Shown here: piece by piece, positions 59,004-64,000 of the stretch
Layout of the letters: every line of letters begins with the position of its first letter
How positions within the stretch are numbered: the stretch's first letter is position 1
Assembly (NCBI GenBank): GCA_977020255.1
Contig: CDROCS010005216.1
Coordinates: 1 to 64,000, forward strand
Source of the DNA: Obrimoposthia wandeli
Taxonomy: Eukaryota
Reading direction: 5' to 3'
DNA: 64,000 nt
Notes under the pieces: model-generated
The model's database searches: none
Seen by the model: only the letters and a program-made list of their open reading frames with translations
What the model was told of the DNA's origin: nothing
Program-made: the position numbers and the translations under genes

Positions 59004-59179
59004 TCAACAAAGTATCGGATGTAATAACGCTGCATGTTAGCGCTTGGTTATTTAGCTAGAAACATAGGTTGGTCGTTAATAGTTGAAAACATACGGCTCT
59101 TTTTATTAAGTGAAGTTTTAAATGACGTTTTATATCGGGCTTTATGGGAAGTAACCATTAATGTTCAAATTAAGCTGGA

Positions 59180-59197
59180 AGTGAATAATCATTCATA
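59180..59197. promoter_or_regulatory. ARG box (ArgR site) upstream of astE
   Basis: AGTGAATAATCATTCATA versus WNTGAATWWWWATTCANW (one mismatch); TATAAT -10 at 59243-59248 with a poor -35. Confidence 0.7.
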
Positions 59198-59354
59198 AAA
59201 CAGATTAACTGAGCATCGCAGGACGTCAGCGTGTAAATCTTGTATAATGTGGCGCAATAATTAATGAGTATTGCGCAAATTATGTTGTGCAACTCAAATG
59301 AATTCGACTTTGACAGTCGACTTTTACATTTGACAATACAATAGGTGAAACCGC

Positions 59355-60464
59355 GTGAGTGATTCTTCTAGTTCAACCAATACCTTCGCATCAACTTTGC
59401 AAAAAAGTGGTGATTTCTTATCAATGACGCGTGCCAACGAATGGACTTTACCGGGTGGACGTTTTAGCTTTGAAGTGACTCATCAAGCATCAAAAACGAT
59501 CAGTAAAGTGACGGTTTTGGAAACCGGTTTAATCACTTTTGAACCGGTGAATCGTGTTAGCAGTCACGATATTGTCTTATCCAGTGCCGTGCACGGTAAT
59601 GAAACAGCGCCAATAGAAATTTGTAGCGATATTATTTCTGAGCTTATTCGTGGCGAGTTGGCGCTAGCTGAAAGAGTGTTATTTATTTTTGGTAATCCTG
59701 CATCGATGAACATTGCCGAGCGTTTTGTTGAAGAAAATATGAATCGCTTATTTTCCGGCGGACATTCACAAGATCAAGGCAAAGGTGCTGGTTTAATTAA
59801 TAAAGAACGCCACCGTGCTTTATTATTAGAAAATACCGTTAGAGACTTCTTTGCAGCTGGCAGTGAGTTACCTAGCGCAGATGGCGGCGAACGTCAGCGT
59901 AGCCATTACGATTTACATACCGCTATTCGTGGCTCTAAGTGTGATAAATTTGCTGTTTACCCGTTTATACATGGCGCACCACGCAAGAAAAGCCAACTTC
60001 AATTTTTAAATGCCTGTGGTGTTAGCACTATTTTGTTATCGCATTCGCCTACGACCACCTTTAGTTATTTCTCGTCAAATGAATTTGGCGCAGATGCTTT
60101 TACAGTTGAGTTAGGTAAAGTGCGTCCATTTGGTGAAAATGATATGAGCCAATTTTCACAGGTACGTAGCACATTAACAAAGCTGGTGTCGGGCCAAGAT
60201 CTTGAATTAACACCGTATAAAGCAAGCGACTTTAACCTTTATGAAATATCACAAGTGATTGACCGTCAACATGAAAGTTTTTCGTTAACCTTTGATGATG
60301 ATGTTGAAAACTTTACTGATTTTCCAAAAGGGCATGTCCTTGCTCTTGATGGCGGCAACGAAGTTAAAACAGCGCAAGACGGTGAAGCGATTATTTTCCC
60401 GAATGCTAATGTCGCTATTGGTCAACGAGCAATGCTAACGGTAACACCAACGACGCTTAGTTAA
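59355..60464 (+). CDS. astE: Succinylglutamate desuccinylase
   Basis: SSAVHGNETAP, ENMNRLFSG, HYDLHTAIR, FTVELGK and FPNANVAIGQRA. Confidence 0.92.
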   Translation: MSDSSSSTNTFASTLQKSGDFLSMTRANEWTLPGGRFSFEVTHQASKTISKVTVLETGLITFEPVNRVSSHDIVLSSAVHGNETAPIEICSDIISELIRGELALAERVLFIFGNPASMNIAERFVEENMNRLFSGGHSQDQGKGAGLINKERHRALLLENTVRDFFAAGSELPSADGGERQRSHYDLHTAIRGSKCDKFAVYPFIHGAPRKKSQLQFLNACGVSTILLSHSPTTTFSYFSSNEFGADAFTVELGKVRPFGENDMSQFSQVRSTLTKLVSGQDLELTPYKASDFNLYEISQVIDRQHESFSLTFDDDVENFTDFPKGHVLALDGGNEVKTAQDGEAIIFPNANVAIGQRAMLTVTPTTLS

Positions 60465-60701
60465 AGATAAGCTCACCTCACCTTTGAATTGCCTCAGCTC
60501 TAGAACGATTTAACTGCCTAAAATAACATTAATATTTAGGCAGTTGAGCAACCTCTAAAATCAATAAAATTTATATCACCCCTATATTTGTGCCGAATTA
60601 AGTTCAAGATGAGCGCTTTAACTATGCCTGTAACTGTAAAGAATTATGCTCGCTGTAAGGTAAATTAAAGCGCTAACTTTGATCACTAAACTTGTTTTTC
60701 A

Positions 60702-60719
60702 GTTTACGTAAAGGTAAAG
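60702..60719. promoter_or_regulatory. LiuR-type operator upstream of the bkd operon
   Basis: GTTTACGTAAAGGTAAAG versus STTTACGTWWACGTAAAS (one mismatch). LiuR controls branched-chain amino acid catabolism in Alteromonadales. Confidence 0.7.
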
Positions 60720-60864
60720 TGCTTGCGATTATTACAACCAACAATTCATAACAATGACATAAATATTCATCTTGCGTTGAAAGCTTCTATACTTTCATTG
60801 ATTTAGCAAAGATTGAGTTAATATTGTCACCTTGCATCCAAGGTTAATAAAAAAAGAGAAGGCT

Positions 60865-62049
60865 ATGAACACTGACATATATAGCGAAAGCCCGGTCGTA
60901 CATCAACCTGCTTTTATTGATGGTCATTCAGTTGAAATTCCAATCCTTAAGATATTGAAACAAGACGGTAGCATTTATGAAAATGCTGCTATGCCAAACA
61001 TTGATCAAGCTCTTGCTACCAAAACTTACCAAACTCTCGCATTTCATCGTGTATTAGATGAACGTATGGTGGCAGCGCAGCGTCAAGGACGTATTAGTTT
61101 TTACATGGCAGCTCTCGGTGAAGAAGCGGCTAGTGTAGGTGGTGCTGCAGGCCTAAAAGATCAAGATATGATCATGGCGCAGTATCGTGAACAGGGCGCA
61201 TTAATGTTTCGAGGTTTTAGCCTTGAAAACTTTATGAACCAAATGTTCAGCAATGAAAAAGATTTAGGCAAAGGTCGTCAAATGCCAATTCATTACGGTA
61301 GTCGTGAATTGAACTACATGACGATTTCATCACCGTTAGGTACGCAAATACCACAAGCGGCTGGTTATGCTTATGGCCAAAAAATGCAAGGTTTAGACGC
61401 AGTAACTATTTGTTACTTCGGTGAAGGCGCTGCATCTGAAGGCGATTTTCATGCCGGTTTGAATATGGCTGCTGTGCATCAAGCACCGGTTATTTTCTTC
61501 TGTCGTAATAATGGCTATGCTATTTCTACACCATCTGAAGAGCAATATGTCGGTAACGGCATTGCGTCTCGTGGTGTCGGTTACGGCATGAAAACACTTC
61601 GTATTGACGGTAATGACATTTTAGCGGTAATTGCTGCTGTGCAATTAGCGCGTGAATATGCTGTTAAAGAAGGCAAGCCAGTATTAATTGAAGCCATGTC
61701 TTATCGTTTAGGTGCGCATTCAACGTCGGACGATCCTTCTGGTTATAGAACACGTGAAGAAGAAGCAAAATGGCAAGCACATGATCCCATTCTTCGCATG
61801 AAGAACTGGATGCTAGCACAAGGCTGGTGGGATGAAGCACAAGAGACGGCTTTGTTTGAAAAACTACGTGATGAAGTATTAGCTGCGGTTAAAGTTGCTG
61901 AAAAAATTGCTAAGCCGCCAGTTGAAGATTTAATTACTGATGTTTACGACCAAGTACCACCGTTATTACAAAATCAGTTTGATCAGCTTAAAGAACATAT
62001 CAAAAAATATCCTAAAGCTTACCCGTTTACAGCAGGGAGAATTAAGTAA
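60865..62049 (+). CDS. bkdA1: Branched-chain 2-oxoacid dehydrogenase E1 alpha
   Basis: [21 protein letters not shown] motif [15 protein letters not shown] and [16 protein letters not shown] 60865 is preferred over 60832. Confidence 0.93.
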   Translation: MNTDIYSESPVVHQPAFIDGHSVEIPILKILKQDGSIYENAAMPNIDQALATKTYQTLAFHRVLDERMVAAQRQGRISFYMAALGEEAASVGGAAGLKDQDMIMAQYREQGALMFRGFSLENFMNQMFSNEKDLGKGRQMPIHYGSRELNYMTISSPLGTQIPQAAGYAYGQKMQGLDAVTICYFGEGAASEGDFHAGLNMAAVHQAPVIFFCRNNGYAISTPSEEQYVGNGIASRGVGYGMKTLRIDGNDILAVIAAVQLAREYAVKEGKPVLIEAMSYRLGAHSTSDDPSGYRTREEEAKWQAHDPILRMKNWMLAQGWWDEAQETALFEKLRDEVLAAVKVAEKIAKPPVEDLITDVYDQVPPLLQNQFDQLKEHIKKYPKAYPFTAGRIK

Positions 62050-63026
62050 TGGCGCAAATGAATTTATTACAAGCGATTAACAATGCGCTTGAAACCGTGA
62101 TGGCAGAAAACGATCGTGCGGTGTGTTTTGGTGAAGACGTTGGTCACTTTGGTGGTGTTTTCCGTGCAACCAGTGGCTTACAAGAAAAGTTCGGTAAAAA
62201 CCGTTGTTTTAATACGCCTTTGGTCGAGCAGGGGGTTATTGGTTTTGCTAATGGTTTAGCGGCGCAAGGTAGTACAGCGATTGCTGAAATTCAGTTTGCG
62301 GATTACATTTTCCCAGCTTTTGATCAAATCGTTAATGAATCAGCTAAATTCCGTTACCGTAGTGGTAACGAGTTTGATGTGGGTAAATTAACGATTCGTA
62401 CGCCATACGGCGGCGGTATTGCTGGTGGTTTATACCATAGCCAGTCTCCAGAAGCTTATTTTGCCCATACGCCAGGTTTAAAAGTGGTTGTGCCACGTAA
62501 CCCGTATCAAGCGAAAGGCTTATTATTAGCGTCGATTCGTGATGATAACCCGGTGATATTTTTTGAGCCTAAACGCTTATATCGTGCGTCAGTGGGTGAA
62601 GTACCTGAAGAAGATTACCAATTACCATTAGGTAAAGCAGAGGTTATGCAACAAGGGACTGACATCACGTTACTCGCTTGGGGTGCACAAGTAGAAATCG
62701 TTGAAAAAGCGGCGGCATTAGCTGCAGCTGACGGTATTTCATGTGAGATTATCGATTTACGTACTATTTTACCTTGGGATATTGAGACAGTCGCCAACTC
62801 TGTGACTAAAACAGGTCGTTTTGTGGTGAGTCAAGAAGCGCCATTAACGGCTGGTTTTGCCAGTGAAATTGCTGCGACCATTCAGCAAGAATGTTTCTTA
62901 CACTTAGAAGCACCGATTGCCCGAGTTTGTGGCATGGATACGCCTTATCCATTAGCACTTGAAAAAGAATACGCTGCAGATCATTTAAAGATCTATGAAG
63001 CAATTAAAAACAGTATGACTTACTAG
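62049..63026 (+). CDS. bkdA2: Branched-chain 2-oxoacid dehydrogenase E1 beta
   Basis: [42 protein letters not shown] and FFEPKRLY. Confidence 0.94.
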   Translation: MAQMNLLQAINNALETVMAENDRAVCFGEDVGHFGGVFRATSGLQEKFGKNRCFNTPLVEQGVIGFANGLAAQGSTAIAEIQFADYIFPAFDQIVNESAKFRYRSGNEFDVGKLTIRTPYGGGIAGGLYHSQSPEAYFAHTPGLKVVVPRNPYQAKGLLLASIRDDNPVIFFEPKRLYRASVGEVPEEDYQLPLGKAEVMQQGTDITLLAWGAQVEIVEKAAALAAADGISCEIIDLRTILPWDIETVANSVTKTGRFVVSQEAPLTAGFASEIAATIQQECFLHLEAPIARVCGMDTPYPLALEKEYAADHLKIYEAIKNSMTY

Positions 63027-63037
63027 GATTTATGAGC

Positions 63038-64000
63038 ATGAGCATTGATTTTATACTGCCAGATATTGGCGAAGGTATCGTTGAATGTGAACTGGTTGAA
63101 TGGCTAGTAGCAGAAGGTGACGTGATTGCAGAAGATCAGCCAGTGGCTGATGTAATGACTGACAAAGCCTTAGTTCAAATACCTGCGATGCATTCTGGTG
63201 TAGTAGACAAGCTTTACTATGCCAAAGGTGAGATAGCGAAAGTTCATCAACCTTTATTTGCGATGACGCCTGCTGGCGATACTGAAAACGCAGTTGAAGC
63301 AAGTAGTGTGGAAAAAAACAACGTTGAAACAAGCACTGTTGAAGCACCTGTGGCTGTAGCAACTATTGCTGGCGGTACGCAAGTGGAAGATTTTATTTTA
63401 CCTGATATTGGTGAAGGTATTGTTGAATGTGAATTAGTTGAGTGGCTAGTAGCTGAAGGCGACTTAATTGAAGAAGATCAACCTATTGCTGATGTAATGA
63501 CTGATAAAGCCTTAGTGCAAATTCCTGCTATGCATAAAGGTAAAGTGGTTAAGCTTTATTATGCTAAAGGTGAAATTGCGAAAGTACATGCGCCTTTATT
63601 TGCGGTTGAAATTGCTGCCTCTGAACAAGCGGTTGCTGCAACGGTTACGCAAGCGCCACAAGCGCCGAGTACACCTGCTGCCGTTAAGCCTGCTACAGCA
63701 CAAAGTAATACTGTAACAACAAAACAAGTAACAACAAATGTTGCAGCCAAGGTTATCAATGAAAAAGCAGTGGCTAGTCCAGCTGTTCGTCGTGTTGCTC
63801 GTGAGTTAAATGTTAACATTCATCAAGTACCGGGCAGTGGTAAAAAAGGCCGAGTGTATAAAGAAGATATTTTAGCTTTTAACGAAGCGCCTCAAGCATC
63901 TGCTAATACTGCGACAGCTGTCGTTGCTGGTAATGTTGCTGGTGGTAAACGCGTAGAGCCGATTCGTGGCATAAAAGCTGTGATGGCAAAAGCGATGGTT
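63038..64000 (+). CDS. bkdB: Dihydrolipoyl acyltransferase E2 of BCKDH, 5' part with two lipoyl domains and an E3-binding domain; runs off the window edge
   Basis: Not in the ORF track because no stop falls in the window. Reads MSIDFILPDIGEGIVECELVEW...DVMTDKALVQIP twice, an Ala/Thr-rich linker, then ASPAVRRVARE...GSGKKGRVYKEDI. Confidence 0.93.
   Translation, partial: MSIDFILPDIGEGIVECELVEWLVAEGDVIAEDQPVADVMTDKALVQIPAMHSGVVDKLYYAKGEIAKVHQPLFAMTPAGDTENAVEASSVEKNNVETSTVEAPVAVATIAGGTQVEDFILPDIGEGIVECELVEWLVAEGDLIEEDQPIADVMTDKALVQIPAMHKGKVVKLYYAKGEIAKVHAPLFAVEIAASEQAVAATVTQAPQAPSTPAAVKPATAQSNTVTTKQVTTNVAAKVINEKAVASPAVRRVARELNVNIHQVPGSGKKGRVYKEDILAFNEAPQASANTATAVVAGNVAGGKRVEPIRGIKAVMAKAMV

Noticed and set aside
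1097-63819. Many ORF-track entries antisense to or nested in real genes (e.g. 3416-3874, 7966-8235, 12332-12685, 14772-15656, 19666-19983, 34468-35560, 46242-47021, 63051-63362, 63559-63819)
   Set aside because: They are shadow frames of well-supported genes, with no motifs or independent start signals.
1-64000. tRNA, rRNA, CRISPR array, transposase, integrase or defence genes
   Set aside because: None recognised. A covariance-model and HMM scan would be needed to exclude divergent cases.

Overview
Low-GC marine gammaproteobacterial chromosome segment. It is most consistent with Alteromonadales (Colwellia/Thalassotalea-like), inferred from gene order and composition only. Core blocks: sdaA(partial)-nudL-pabB / class I fumarase, rmuC, ribB with an FMN riboswitch, catalase, fur ... 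fldA-ybfE-DUF2788-ybfF / seqA-pgm, rlmF, LysR/dadA, astE and the bkd operon (E2 cut by the window edge). Accessory content: (i) an apparently complete alginate utilisation locus (TonB receptor, beta-hydroxyacid-dehydrogenase-family probable DEH reductase, GntR/FadR regulator, PL6 and PL17 lyases, KdgF, MFS transporter, KdgK, Eda), whose three rightward promoters share a visible TTGAC...TTGGTTA architecture; (ii) an oddly arranged proA-proC / proB cassette with alphaproteobacterial-like motifs; (iii) two inverted copies of a 229-bp MITE-like element with 17-bp terminal inverted repeats; (iv) a BacNav-type voltage-gated channel with a TFEDWTD filter; (v) an orphan recX-like gene and an unlisted 59-aa membrane protein; (vi) an AT-rich islet of small orphan ORFs after pgm. 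Good motif matches for LexA, OxyR, ArgR, LiuR and LysR operators sit next to the expected genes. No tRNA, rRNA, CRISPR array or transposase was recognised. All family calls are from motif recognition by eye, with no database search.
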